Below, in pieces: positions 40,804 to 53,755 of a stretch of 64,000 bases of DNA (position 1 is the first letter of the stretch; each line of letters opens with the position of its first letter). This DNA is from Eledone cirrhosa (taxonomy: Eukaryota): assembly GCA_964016885.1 (NCBI GenBank), contig OZ024742.1, positions 174,096,001 to 174,160,000 on the forward strand, read 5' to 3'. The translations under genes and the position numbers were made by a program. The notes beneath the pieces are model-generated. The model searched no databases. It was not told where the DNA came from and saw nothing but the letters and a program-made list of their open reading frames with translations.

Positions 40804-41309
40804 TGAATATAAAAGAAACAACGAACACAGGTATATACATATATGTGTAAGAAGTGTCTCGGATACTAATTCTTCAGCCACTGATGGATGAGCAAGGATT
40901 TGTATTTCTATTGACAGTTAATATTGCGAAACAGCACCAAGAGCTGTTCCGAATTGTATTTATTTTCTCGATTTTTCTTAAATTGAGACAGGCAAACCCT
41001 ATTGTCTATAGATAGTATTCTTTTCACCTTAGCGAATCTGGTCCCTTGCGATTTGAACACATATATCTATATATCTGAGCTCGTTTTTTCTTTTATATTC
41101 AATTATAATATACGGCTCGGAAAAATCTCTTTCTTAGACCTATTTTATTTTAAGAGACTATTTTGAGTTCCTAACTCAATATATATCTTTGATATATTCG
41201 GCTCCGTTAATTTGTTGAGCTATTTCAAATGTCGAATAAACCTGGCTGGTATTTCTAGTGGTGCAAGTTTGTGAGACACGCTAAGATACCATGTGCATTA
41301 TTATACCTT

Positions 41310-41310
<1 letters not shown>
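40795..41310 (+). mobile_element. Decayed PLE-like unit (family E) with inverted repeat of about 40 bp and a damaged hammerhead
   Basis: atga gcaa...ttgc GAAAcagc-accaaga-gctGTT. Inverted repeat 40796-40835 vs 41070-41110. (TA)n flanks. Confidence 0.4.
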
Positions 41311-41390
<80 letters not shown>

Positions 41391-41604
41391 TTTGTTCTTT
41401 TATCTCTCTCCGTCTTTTTTTCTTTTTTCCTTTTCTTTTTATTTTTATTTTTATTTTTATTTTTCTCCGTCTTTTTCTAATTGTGCTTAACACTATGATT
41501 TATTAAAATAATATAAACAAATCACTATCCAGACAGCCTCCAAAAGTAATGGTTGTATTTTAAAAGGGTACGTCAAAGCTATTTGTAAAACTGTTATATA
41601 TTGT

Positions 41605-41667
41605 ATTTTGTCTGATGCAGGCATACCATAATTTAATGTGGTATCCCTGAAATATGTATAATGAAAT
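41605..41667 (+). ncRNA. Family B hammerhead copy with CTGATGC core mutation
   Basis: Otherwise identical to 48026-48088. Confidence 0.6.
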
Positions 41668-41776
41668 AAATATGGTTTTATAAATATAGTTTCCATTTAT
41701 TAATATCGTATATATATATATATATTCCAATCCTTGCTGACCAAGCGAACAATCATAAATAAGGATGAGGATTATG

Positions 41777-41809
<33 letters not shown>

Positions 41810-42211
41810 TATGTACACATGTAAACAAACACACATACACATACATACTAGAAACTGTCTGTAATTAGTCCTTGTTACAGAAGGAAGTGTTAAAAACTGC
41901 CTACATTGTTAAGAAAGTAAATAAAGAAAGTAATCGGAAACAGAGTGACGTATGTATGTAGAAACGATCAACAGCGAAGGTAATGATGAAGTATAACTAT
42001 TAGTGAATAACATTCAAGAATAGATGGGATGAACAGAGTAACATGTGTACATGTCTATATTAGGCTGTCATATTGTCTGATTAATGAGGCTAGTGAGACT
42101 GTGTAGCTGGTCATTCAGCCTAGAGAAACTTTCTCATTTTGAAGACTTTTCAGTGTTCAACACAATCATCAGATGTAGATGTAGATGTATAAACACACAA
42201 ACATGTATATA

Positions 42212-42466
42212 TCTATAATATTATAAAGCTGAGTGTCGTGTGTACGCTCTTCACTCTCAAATATGATAAAGCTGAGCGTCGTCTCTCTCTCTCTCTCTCT
42301 CTCTATCCCTCTTTCACCCTCTCTATAATTTAACTGCTTTACTCTCTGTCTCTCTTCACTTTCTTAGCTTTACTCTCCCGCCGCTCTTTCTTCTCTCTCT
42401 CTATAATTTAACTGCTTTACTCTCTCTGTCGCTCTTCACTCTCAGATATTATAAAGCTGAGCGCCG

Positions 42467-42543
<77 letters not shown>

Positions 42544-42600
42544 CTCTTTCACCCTCTCTATAATTTAACTGCTTTACTCTCTCTGTCGCTCTCCACTCTC
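42212..42600. repeat. Tandemly rearranged unit with (CT)n; Helitron-like 5' start repeated
   Basis: ataaagctgag occurs three times, and so does ctctataatttaactgctttactctc. Confidence 0.55.
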
Positions 42601-42777
42601 TATATGACAATACAGTTTTAGTTTCCGTATCTCCCTATACAGAGAGAGAGATTTAGAGAAACATTAGGAAAATTGCACATCTACATCTACAGAAAGAGAG
42701 AGAGAAACATACGGAGAGGAAAAGAGAGAAATAGGCCAATAGACAGAGCGAGAGATACAATTAATGTGTTAGTTATT

Positions 42778-42842
<65 letters not shown>

Positions 42843-43033
42843 AAGCACAATGTGACACCGGAGGCTGTGTGGTATCTTTGCAGTGGAGTGGTGGGGCTGA
42901 TATACCTAGCCGGGCGCCAGCCGGTGGGTCAGATAGTATATATATATGATACAAGTGTGCGTGTATATAAATATATATACACACACATACACATATATAT
43001 ATATATACACACACACACATATATATATATATG

Positions 43034-43227
43034 GGAAAAAGTATGAGCCCGACGGCAGAGCTCAAGCCGTTTCGACGGGTATTTCTGGACACAGAAATTG
43101 CCATCGAAACGGCTTGAGCTCTGCCGTCGGGCTCATACTTTTTCCTATCACCCACTCTACTACCCTAAGTATTGAGTACGGTGGTGCGTTATGGTCCATC
43201 TGGTTCCTTACCACAATTCCTTTGTTA
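43034..43227 (+). mobile_element. Family C unit with palindrome 43034-43145
   Basis: Perfect outer arms, imperfect centre, GAAAcggc...gccGTC in both arms, (TA)n flanks. Confidence 0.75.
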
Positions 43228-43344
43228 TATATATATATATATAATGAAATACCAATGATGGTTGGAAAATACTGACGAAGGACTATTTTTATCATATGTA
43301 ACTTATGTGCAACCACGCAGTATTCTTCTTTCTTCTCATGTATT

Positions 43345-43491
<147 letters not shown>

Positions 43492-43497
43492 TATATA

Positions 43498-45313
43498 GAT
43501 GCCCTAGATAGGGAAACTATAGAGGCATTAAATTAATTGACAAGGTCATGAAGGCAAAAAAAAAGTAATAGCGCAACTAATCAGAGAGCGAATTGATCTA
43601 GATGAAATGCAGTTCGGGTTTGTGTCAGGTAAAAGTACCAGAGACGCTCTTTTCATTATACGACAACTACCGGAGAAGTGCCTAGCTAAAAGTAAACCCC
43701 TCTACTTAGTTTTTGTAGACCTGGAGAAAGCCTTTGACAGAGTCCCCCGCTCCTTTATCTGGTGGGCTCTTAGAAAACTAGGTGTTGATGAATGGCTTGT
43801 GAGAGCTATACAAGCCATGTATAAAGAAACAGACAGCAAGGTTAGAATTAACAACGAATATAGTGAAGAGTTTAGCGTAAAAGTTGGTGTTCATCAGGGC
43901 TCCTTCCTTAGCCCCCTCCTATTTATTATTGCCCTCCCATCTATAACGGAGGAGTTCAAGACTGGCTGCATATGGGAAATTCTATACGCAAATGATCTAA
44001 CGCTCATAGCCGAATCAATGGCTGAACTAGAGAAGAAATTCCAAACATGGAATCATGGCTTCGAATCAAAAAGCATTAGAGTTAACTAGTCTAAGACTAA
44101 AGTAGGAGGTAGAATAGGTCACTGGTCCCATCTGAGAAATGGCCATGCTCAGTGTGTAGGAAAGGAGTAGGCAGAAACTCCATTTAATGTCCCAAATGCA
44201 AAGTATGGGTGCATAAAAGATGTAGTGGGATCACAGGTATGCTAACTAAGAATAAAGATTTTATATGTGGCTGGTGCTCTGGTGCAAAAAGTAGCAGCAA
44301 ATACCCACAGAATACTAGCTTATTCCATTGCCCAGATGGTTCTATAGAAATAGTGGACACCTTCCGTTACCTGGGTGACAAAATCAACAGTAGTGGAGGG
44401 TGTTCCAAAAGTACTGTAGCTAGAGTCCGAACGGGATGGAAAAAGTTCAGCGAGCTTATGACACTATTGGCCGCTAAAGGTTTCTCTCTAAAAAATGAAA
44501 GGCAGGCTGTATGATGCCTGCATACGAACAGCAATGTTACATGGCAGTGAGACATGGGCCTTGTGTGCAGAGGATCTACGCAGATTGGCGAGGAACGAAG
44601 CTTGCATTCTCCGTTGGATGTGTAATAGTAATATACGCGAACGGCAAAGCATAAATGTATTAAGTGAGAAATTAGGAATAAGAGGGATCAGATGCTGTTT
44701 ACTCGAGAGAAGACTACGTCGGTATGGTCACGTAATGCGCATGAAAGATGACAGCTGTATAAAAATGTGCAGGGCGATCAAAATAGACGGTAGCTACGGA
44801 GTAGGCAGACACAGAAAAACCTGGCACGACTTGATAAAATCCGACCTCACACACTTACACCTCTCCAAGACAATGTCATTGGACCGAGATTTTGGCGCTA
44901 GATAGTAATACAGAAGACCCGCCTTGCCTAAGTACAAAGCGAAACCTACAGTCAGCAGGCACATCTTAACCAAAATACACCCCCGTCCAACTACCATTAC
45001 CCTCACCGCCATCTACACCACCCCTTTCGATGTAAAGCTATGTTGGTACCACAACATCCAGTCCTAAATAAATGAGGTCGTGTAGGTATCACGACAAAGA
45101 AAACACACAGTCCACGCTGTAATGTGGCCGTGTAGGTAACACGGTAAAACCCTCCCACACTCTAAACGTGGTTGGTGTTAGGAAGGGCATCCAGCCGTAG
45201 AAAACCCAGCAGACAGTCCTGAGCAAGACAACCAATCTTGCCTCAAGTGGGACAATTCCCGTCCACACCCATGCTAGCGTGGAAGATGGACGTTAAACGA
45301 TGATGATGATGAT
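43498..45313 (+). mobile_element. 5'-truncated, mutated copy of the RTE at 48270-53718
   Basis: Colinear with about 51763-53718. YADD is now YAND; frameshifts; (GAT)n tail. Confidence 0.93.
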
Positions 45314-45336
45314 GTACATATATATATATATATATC

Positions 45337-45945
<609 letters not shown>

Positions 45946-47742
45946 AGAGAAACTCAAGAGAGAGAAATACTATATAGAGAGAGGGGGACAGTGACAACTT
46001 TACGTCATGTCATATTAAGTTAAGCTAACAATTTATATGAAATGAATAATAAAAATATAAATATAAGTATCAATATTCATGAATGGGACAGACATAGATA
46101 TATAATATGAGAAATTAAACATTGTTCATTAATGAAGAAAAATTCTTTATATTAAAGTCCAAAAATTCCCTTAATCTAAGGAACAATGTATTCAGTTGCT
46201 GCAGACATAGATTGAACTCAACGTTTAAATATAAATATAAATTTAAAATGTAATATAATTAATTAAGTAATTTTAGTTAATATATAGAACCTGTCTATAA
46301 TCCATTAGATTCCCTCACCTTTTTTCTTTTTAAACTTTCTTTTTAAACTTTCTTCCTAAATATAAACATGGACATAATAAACTGCTTTAAAATGTCTATA
46401 CATCCAATGTATTAAATAAAATATATGTAAGGTAAATTTCTATATTAAATATAAGGTCATCTGTAGAATCATTGGGTTTTAAAATTTTTTTAAATCTTTT
46501 AAATTATTTTTATTTGTTTTGATTATGATAGCTTCTCATAACTTTCACAAGTCTACCCTCTCAATATCTTGATTGAGATATACGTAGGATAAATTTCTAT
46601 ACTAAATATATAAAGCATATTATTTTAACTTAAGATACTCTATAGTGTTTTAATGATATTTAATGCTTTGATATTTCTAGATTTCTTGTGACTATATAGT
46701 TGCATTTTAAATTTGTATTGTTATGGTTATATTTACAAATTATAACCCTTTGGTAATTTATTGATATTGGATTATCTCTATACAAATGCATATGTGTGTA
46801 TTAACATGCATAGAAAGTGTTATAGATTTTTTGTGTTTGCATATGTCTCTGTATATATACATGAGTGATGCATGAGGACGCACGCAGATATTTATTATAC
46901 ATATGTATGTGTATATATGTGTGTGTATATATCTATGTGGTTGAGAGGGATGTTGCATGTGTGCATAATATTAAATACATGAATGGTAATCCTATATATG
47001 AGGACATGATTGTTAATCGTATATATTTGTATATATATAACGTGAAACTTTTATAACACAATGAGTGTATAGCAGTGATTAAGAGAAATTATTTACGTTT
47101 TGTATGGCTATATTGTTGGCTTGAGTAAACATAATTTCTATTTTCAGGACGTACGTATCTATATGTATGTATATATACATATGTATTTGTATGTCTTTGC
47201 ATAAAATACTAATCTCTATACCAAGGGTACATTTTGAACTCAGATTTTGGTATATTGATCTCAAGTTTCTAAACTAAACATGTGGTCATTATTGAACAAT
47301 GTTTAATTGCTCATATTATATATCTATATCCCATTCATGAATATTGATACTTATATTTATATTTTTATTATTTATTTCTTATAAATTGTTAACTTAACTT
47401 AATATGACATGACGTAAAGTTGTCACTGTCCCCCTCTCTATATATAGTATTTCTCTCTCTTGAGTTTCTCTTTCTGTATGATGACTTGATATCTCTCTGT
47501 TGCTTTCCTTTGTTTTTCTTATTCCTTTGTTTTTCTTATTCCTTCCTTTTCTTTCTTCTTTTTTATTTCCTATCTTTATCTATCTCATTCTTTTCTCCAT
47601 ACTTTTCTCTCTCTCTCCGATATTTCTCCAGGTTTTCTTTCTCTTTTCTTTCTCTTTCTATGTCTTTGTTAATTTCACTTTCTTTCTCTCCGTCTTTTTC
47701 TAATTGTGCTTAACACTATGACTTATTATATGAACAAATCAC

Positions 47743-47929
47743 AAGGGCGGTGGATTGGCAGTATCGGTAGAGGGTCGGACGCCATGCTTTCCAGCATAGT
47801 TACGTCCCTTTACGATCTGAGTTCAAATCCCGCCGAGGTTGACTTTGCCTTTCATCCTTACGGGGTCGATAAAATAAAGTACCAGTAATGCACTGAGTAA
47901 TTGCTGGCCTTATGCCTAAAGTAGAAACA
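47743..47929 (+). mobile_element. Meta-type SINE with 18-bp TSD, inserted in the PLE 3' region
   Basis: TSD attatatgaacaaatcac at 47725-47742 and 47930-47947. The empty site is visible in the paralog at about 41510-41530. Confidence 0.92.
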
Positions 47930-48025
47930 ATTATATGAACAAATCACTATCCAGACAGCCTCCAAAAATAATGGTTGTATTTTAAAGGGTACGTCAAACC
48001 TATTTGTAAAACTGTTATCTATTGT

Positions 48026-48088
48026 ATTTTGTCTGATGAAGGCATACCATAATTTAATGTGGTATCCCTGAAATATGTATAATGAAAT
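48026..48088 (+). ncRNA. Type I hammerhead motif, family B
   Basis: attttgt CTGATGA aggcatacca-taatttaatg-tggtatccct GAAA tatgta TA atgaaat, overlapping AATAAA. Confidence 0.78.
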
Positions 48089-48220
48089 AAATATGGTTTT
48101 ATAAATATAGTTTCCATTTATTAATATCGTATATCTACTCCAAAAATTTGTCGAGTGCTTTATATCAGTTATAAAAATATTTACTTGTTGTATCCCAACA
48201 ATTTTAAATAGAACTTTTGC

Positions 48221-48269
<49 letters not shown>

Positions 48270-48273
<4 letters not shown>

Positions 48274-49868
48274 TTGCTAAGTTTTACGCAAAACTTCGAG
48301 TACCTATTTAAACTTTTAACCTATGCTCCATCCCATATTCTATCCCCTACCCATTCATCATGCTGGTTCCTGCCCCCCCCCCTCCCTCTCTATACATATA
48401 AGATAAAACCCTACCAAAATTAATCAAAATCGCCAACTCGCTATTTCTGGGATGGCTGTTCCTTTCGGTATAAAGTAACGTTCAAATTTTTCTCGATTCT
48501 TCTCTCCATTCGAACCCATTCATTCAATCACTTCTATGTCCTAATTTCACACTATATCATATTTTCACCATTCTATATCATATCTTTTCTCTAAAAATCA
48601 TATTTTCCCTATCACCGCATTTTCTCTATCGTATTTTCTTAAACAAAACAAATCTTGTATTTTCGTTTATTGTTAAATTATGCCCAAAATTTTTTCTCGA
48701 TTCTTCTCTCCATTCGAACCCATTCATTCAATCACTTCTATGTCCTAATTTCACACTATATCATATTTTCACCATTCTATATCATATCTTTTCTCTAAAA
48801 ATCATATTTTCCCTATCACCGCATTTTCTCTATCGTATTTTCTTAAACAAAACAAATCTTGTATTTTCGTTTATTGTTAAATTATGCCCAAAATACGGCG
48901 ATCTTATCTTAAACCTTACATTCTGTCATATTTTCATATTCTGTCGTATTTTCATATCAAAACAAATCACTATTATATATTCCTTTAAATATAATTTGTT
49001 AAACTTGCTAAGTTTTACGCAAAACTTGGAGTACCTATTTAAACTTTTAACCTCTGCTCCATCCCATATTCTACCCCCTACCCATTCATCATGCTGGTTC
49101 CTGCCCCCCCCCCTCCCTCTCTATACATATAAGATAAAACCCTACCAAAATTAATCAAAATCGCCAACTCGCTATTTCTGGGATGGCTGTTCCCTTCGGT
49201 ATAAAGTAACGTTCAAATTTTTCTCGATTCTTCTCTCCATTCGAACCCATTCATTCAATCACTTCTATGTCCTAATTTCACACTATATCATATTTTCACC
49301 ATTCTATATCATATCTTTTCTCTAAAAATCATATTTTCCCTATCACCGCATTTTCTCTATCGTATTTTCTTAAACAAAACAAATCTTGTATTTTCGTTTA
49401 TTATTGTTAAATTATGCCCCAAATTTTTTTTTTTTCTCGATTCTTCTCTCCATTCGAACCCATTCATTCAATCACTTCTATGTCCTAATTTCACACTATA
49501 TCATATTTTCACCATTCTATATCATATCTTTTCTCTAAAAATCATATTTTCCCTATCACCGCATTTTCTCTATCGTATTTTCTTAAACAAAACAAATCTT
49601 GTATTTTCGTTTATTGTTAAATTATGCCCAACATTTTTTCTCGATTCTTCTCTCCATTCGAACCCATTCATTCAATCACTTCTATGTCCTAATTTCACAC
49701 TATATCATATTTTAACCATTCTATATCATATCTTTTCTCTAAAAATCATATTTTCCCTATCACCGCATTTTCTCTATCGTATTTTCTTAAACAAAACAAA
49801 TCTTGTATTTTCGTTTATTGTTAAATTATGCCCAAAATACGGCGATCTTATCTTAAACCTTACATTCT
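48270..49868 (+). repeat. Higher-order tandem array upstream of the RTE ORF: A-B-B-C-A-B-B-B-C' (B about 204 bp)
   Basis: A at 48270 and 49001. B marker ctcgattcttctctcc at 48492, 48696, 49223, 49436 and 49640. C (acggcgatcttatc) at about 48895 and 49839. Copies are nearly identical. Confidence 0.92.
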
Positions 49869-50188
49869 CGCTAACAACCCATCATCCCTCCCTCCCGCCC
49901 CCACGCACCACCATTATTACGTGGACCAATCATAAGTCAGAGGCCCATACTATCGCTTAACTGGTTGCTTTTCGATATGATGGATGGACTACGGAATTCT
50001 GGAGAGTTGAAGAGAGAAAAATGTGGACGCTCAGCGACAATGCCAAATATAAAGCCAAATTCACCTCGTGGACGAGAATGCAAGCACTCCTCCTTGTTTC
50101 GGCCCAGGATGGCTAACATAACCCCATCCCCCCCGCGCCCCACCGCTCCCACCCTCCAAACGCAATCCAAAACTTCAGAGTTGGTACC

Positions 50189-53100
50189 ATGAATGTAGGC
50201 ACCTTAAAGGGTCGCTCTAACGAGGTTGTAGAAATGCTTGAACGTAAGGAAGTCGATGTTTGTTGTATTCAAGAGACCAGGTGGAGGGGAGGGTCGGCTA
50301 GATTCATCGTGGGTAAAGAACGATGCTATAAGCTTTTCTGGGTGGGAAATGACAATGGGTTGGGTGGGGTAGGAATCATGGTAGCAGAAAAGTGGGCAGA
50401 TAAGATAATAGACGTAAATAGAGTGAACGACAGAATAATTATAATAAGACTTGTCCTCAATAAAACTACGGTGACAGTAATATCTGCGTACGCACCCCAA
50501 TCCGGACTGCCCCGCGCTATAAAAGACAGATTCTACGAGACACTGATGCTCGCTACCTCCCAAATAACCGACAGTGACTATATAGTTATTGCAGGCGACC
50601 TAAATGGTCACGTTGGACAACATTGTGACGGATATGACGGAATCCATGGAGGCTATGGGTTCGGAACTAGAAATGAGGAAGGCTCCAGAATCCTGGAATT
50701 CTGCGACGCAAATAACTTAACTATCTGTAACACTAACTTCAAAAAACGAGACAATCACTTGATCACCTATAGATCGGGGGAACACACAAGCCAGGTAGAT
50801 TATATCCTTACCAGAAGACGTGACAGAGTGTCTGTTGTTAACACTAAATCCCACCCCCATGAAGAATTCACCTCCCAACATAGACTGATAATTAGCGACC
50901 TCATAGTCAGGACGAGATGTACTAGACAGCGGAAGAGGACTATCCTCAGGAGAAAAATATGGAAGCTAAAGGACCCCATAGCCAGAAATAAATTTCAAAG
51001 CATATTACTTGACGCTTTCGACAGTAAGGAAGAGCAATTAGAGTCGTATAATATAGAGGAACAGTGGGAATTCCTGAGAGCAAACCTGCTGACGGCGGCA
51101 GACGAAGTCTGTGGCTGGAGCAGGCCTGTAGGTAGGAGGAGAGTAACATGGTGGTGGAACAGTAAGGTGGAGGAGTCAATTAAGGCCAAAAAGCAGGCTT
51201 GGAAAGTATGGCGGGATGGGGGAAGTAGAGAAGACTATCAAGTGGCCAGGAGGGAAGCTAGGAGACAAGTGTACTTCGCAAGTAGGGAAGCAGAGGAAAG
51301 AAAGTTCAAGCATGTTCTACAACGTGAGGACCAAAAACGTGAGGTGTTCAGGATTGCCAGGCAATGTGTCAAGGAAAACCGTGATATTGTCGGGGAGAAG
51401 TGTGTACTTAACGATGATGGCATACTTGCCATCACCGACGCTGATAAGAAGGTAGCTTGGAAGTGTCACTACGAAAGGCTTCTAAATGAGGAGAACAAAT
51501 GGGAGAAAGACAGTCTCCCCCAGATCGATCCAATAGAGGGACCAGCAGTGTTAGTTGAAGGTAGTATAATAAGTAAGGCAATCAAAGATATGAAGACGGG
51601 TAAGGCGGCTGGGCCTTCGGAAATAGTTGCTGAGATGCTGAAGGCATCTGGTTCGGTGGGACACACCATGGTCACCCGGATAGTTAACCAAGTCGTACAG
51701 AATGGGGTTGTTCCGAAGGAATGGCGTAGCAGCATCATCGTTAACTGCTATAAGGGAAAAGGAGATGCCCTAGATAGGAGTAACTATAGAGGCATTAAAT
51801 TAATCGACCAGGTCATGAAGGTCACGGAAAAAGTAATAGCGCAACTAATCAGAGAGAGGATTGATCTAGATGAAATGCAGTTCGGGTTTGTGTCAGGCAA
51901 AAGTACCACAGACGCTCTTTTCATTGTACGACAACTACAGGAGAAGTACCTAGCTAAAAGTAAACCCCTATACTTAGCTTTCGTCGACTTGGAGAAAGCC
52001 TTCGACAGAGTCCCCCGTTCCATTATCTGGTGGTCTCTTAGAAAACTAGGTGTTGACGAATGGCTTGTGAGAGCTATACAAGCCATGTATAAAGAAACAG
52101 TCAGTAAGGTTAGAATTAACAACGAATATAGTGAAGAGTTTAGCGTAAAAGTTGGTGTCCATCAGGGCTCTGTTCTTAGCCCCCTACTATTTATTATTGC
52201 CCTTCAGGCTATAACAGAGGAGTTCAAGACCGGCTGCCCATGGGAACTCCTATACGCAGATGATCTAACGCTCATAGCTGAATCAATGACCGAACTAGAG
52301 AAGAAATTCCAAACATGGAAGCACGGCCTAGAATCAAAAGGCCTTAAAATTAACCTGGCTAAGACTAAAGTTCTAGTTTGTAGGAAAGAAAATAAGGCGG
52401 CGGTCCCATCGGGGAAATGGCCATGCTCAGTGTGTAGGAAAGGCGTAGGTAGAAACTCCATTTTATGTCCCAAATGCAAAGTATGGGTGCATAAAAGATG
52501 TAGTGGGATCACAGGTAAGCTAACTAAGAACATAGATTTTACATGTGGCCGGTGCTCTGGTGCAATAAGTAGCAACAAGTGCCCACAAAATACTAGCTCC
52601 TTCAACTGCGCAGAGGGTTCTATAGAAATAGTGGACAGCTTCCGTTATCTGGGTGACAAAATCAGCAGTGGGGGAGGGTGCTCTGAAAGTACAGTAGCTA
52701 GAGTCAGAACTGGATGGAAAAAGTTCAGAGAGCTTATACCACTATTAGCCGCTAGAGGGTTCTCCCTAAAAATGAAAGGCAGGTTATACGATGCCTGCAT
52801 ACGAACAGCAATGCTGCATGGCAGTGAGACCTGGGCATTGTGTGCAGAGGATATACGCAGACTAGAGAGGAACGAAGCTTGCATGCTCCGCTGGATGTGC
52901 AATAGTAATATACGTGAACGGCAAAGCATAAACGAACTAAGGAAAAAATTAGAAATAAGAGGGATCAGATGTTGTTTACTCGAGAGAAGGCTACGTTGGT
53001 ACGGTCACGTGATGCGCATGAAAGACGACAGCTGTATAACAAAGTGCAGGGCAATAAAGATAGACGGTAGCCACGGAGTAGGCAGACCCAGAAAAACATG

Positions 53101-53209
53101 GGACGAGCTGATAAATTCCGACCTCACACGCTTACACCTCTCCAAGACAATGTCACTGGACCGAGACCTTTGGCGGTACTCAGTAATAGAGAAGACCCGC
53201 CTTACCTAA
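50189..53209 (+). CDS. RTE LINE polyprotein: APE endonuclease, reverse transcriptase and Cys/His (PHD-like) insert
   Basis: 1006 aa, uninterrupted. Motifs: IQETRW, SAYAPQ, GDLNGH, QVDYIL, SQHRL; NYRGIKL, QFGF, FVDLEKAFDRVP, GVHQGSVLSPLLF, YADD, FRYLG, GSETW, RLRWYGHVMR, GRPRKTW. Confidence 0.96.
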   Translation: MNVGTLKGRSNEVVEMLERKEVDVCCIQETRWRGGSARFIVGKERCYKLFWVGNDNGLGGVGIMVAEKWADKIIDVNRVNDRIIIIRLVLNKTTVTVISAYAPQSGLPRAIKDRFYETLMLATSQITDSDYIVIAGDLNGHVGQHCDGYDGIHGGYGFGTRNEEGSRILEFCDANNLTICNTNFKKRDNHLITYRSGEHTSQVDYILTRRRDRVSVVNTKSHPHEEFTSQHRLIISDLIVRTRCTRQRKRTILRRKIWKLKDPIARNKFQSILLDAFDSKEEQLESYNIEEQWEFLRANLLTAADEVCGWSRPVGRRRVTWWWNSKVEESIKAKKQAWKVWRDGGSREDYQVARREARRQVYFASREAEERKFKHVLQREDQKREVFRIARQCVKENRDIVGEKCVLNDDGILAITDADKKVAWKCHYERLLNEENKWEKDSLPQIDPIEGPAVLVEGSIISKAIKDMKTGKAAGPSEIVAEMLKASGSVGHTMVTRIVNQVVQNGVVPKEWRSSIIVNCYKGKGDALDRSNYRGIKLIDQVMKVTEKVIAQLIRERIDLDEMQFGFVSGKSTTDALFIVRQLQEKYLAKSKPLYLAFVDLEKAFDRVPRSIIWWSLRKLGVDEWLVRAIQAMYKETVSKVRINNEYSEEFSVKVGVHQGSVLSPLLFIIALQAITEEFKTGCPWELLYADDLTLIAESMTELEKKFQTWKHGLESKGLKINLAKTKVLVCRKENKAAVPSGKWPCSVCRKGVGRNSILCPKCKVWVHKRCSGITGKLTKNIDFTCGRCSGAISSNKCPQNTSSFNCAEGSIEIVDSFRYLGDKISSGGGCSESTVARVRTGWKKFRELIPLLAARGFSLKMKGRLYDACIRTAMLHGSETWALCAEDIRRLERNEACMLRWMCNSNIRERQSINELRKKLEIRGIRCCLLERRLRWYGHVMRMKDDSCITKCRAIKIDGSHGVGRPRKTWDELINSDLTRLHLSKTMSLDRDLWRYSVIEKTRLT

Positions 53210-53378
53210 ATACAAAGTAAAAACCTACTACAGTCAGTAGGCATCTCTATCAAAACACACCCCCGGCCCACCACCTCCACCCCACCCACACCGCCCCTTT
53301 CAATGTAAAGTTATGTTGGTCCCACAACATCCAGGCCGAAACAAATGGGATCGTGTAGGTGTCACGACAAAAAACACA

Positions 53379-53608
53379 CAGTCCACGCTGTAAATGTGGC
53401 CGTGTAGGCAACACGGTAAAAACCTCCCAGCCCCACACTGTAAATGTGGTTGGTGTTAGGAAGGGCATCCAGCTGTAGAAAACCCGCCAGACAGTCCACG
53501 CTGTAATGTGGCCGTGTAGGCAACACGGTAAAAACCTCCCAGCCCCACACTGTAAATGTGGTTGGTGTTAGGAAGGGCATCCAACTGTAGAAAACCCGCC
53601 AGACAGTC
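53379..53608 (+). repeat. Tandem duplication of about 114 bp in the RTE 3'UTR
   Basis: cagtccacgctgtaa...gtagaaaacccgccaga occurs twice here and once in the copy at about 45108-45215. Confidence 0.88.
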
Positions 53609-53714
53609 CTATGCGAGCAAGACAACCACTCTTGCCTCAAGTGGGAAAACCCCCGTCCAAACCCATGCAAGCGTGGAACACGGACGCTAAACCTGATGAT
53701 GATGATGATGATGA

Positions 53715-53751
<37 letters not shown>

Positions 53752-53755
<4 letters not shown>

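Larger units (their letters stand above)
45942..48225 (+). mobile_element. 5'-truncated PLE: inverted 5' segment, endonuclease C-terminus, long 3'UTR and family B hammerhead
   Basis: 46131-46253 translates to NEEKFFILKSKNSLNLRNNVFSCCRHRLNSTFK...stop, matching the EK..I..LN.R....C.H ends of the other PLE ORFs here. 45942-46135 is the reverse complement of about 47287-47476. Confidence 0.72.
48270..53718 (+). mobile_element. Apparently full-length RTE-clade LINE between (TA)n tracts; 5' boundary uncertain
   Basis: Intact ORF, 3'UTR, (GAT)n tail at 53694-53718, (TA)n on both sides. Confidence 0.85.

Noticed and set aside
48270-49868. CRISPR-like appearance of the regular repeats
   Set aside because: Contiguous monomers of about 204 bp with no unique spacers, in eukaryotic DNA with no cas genes.
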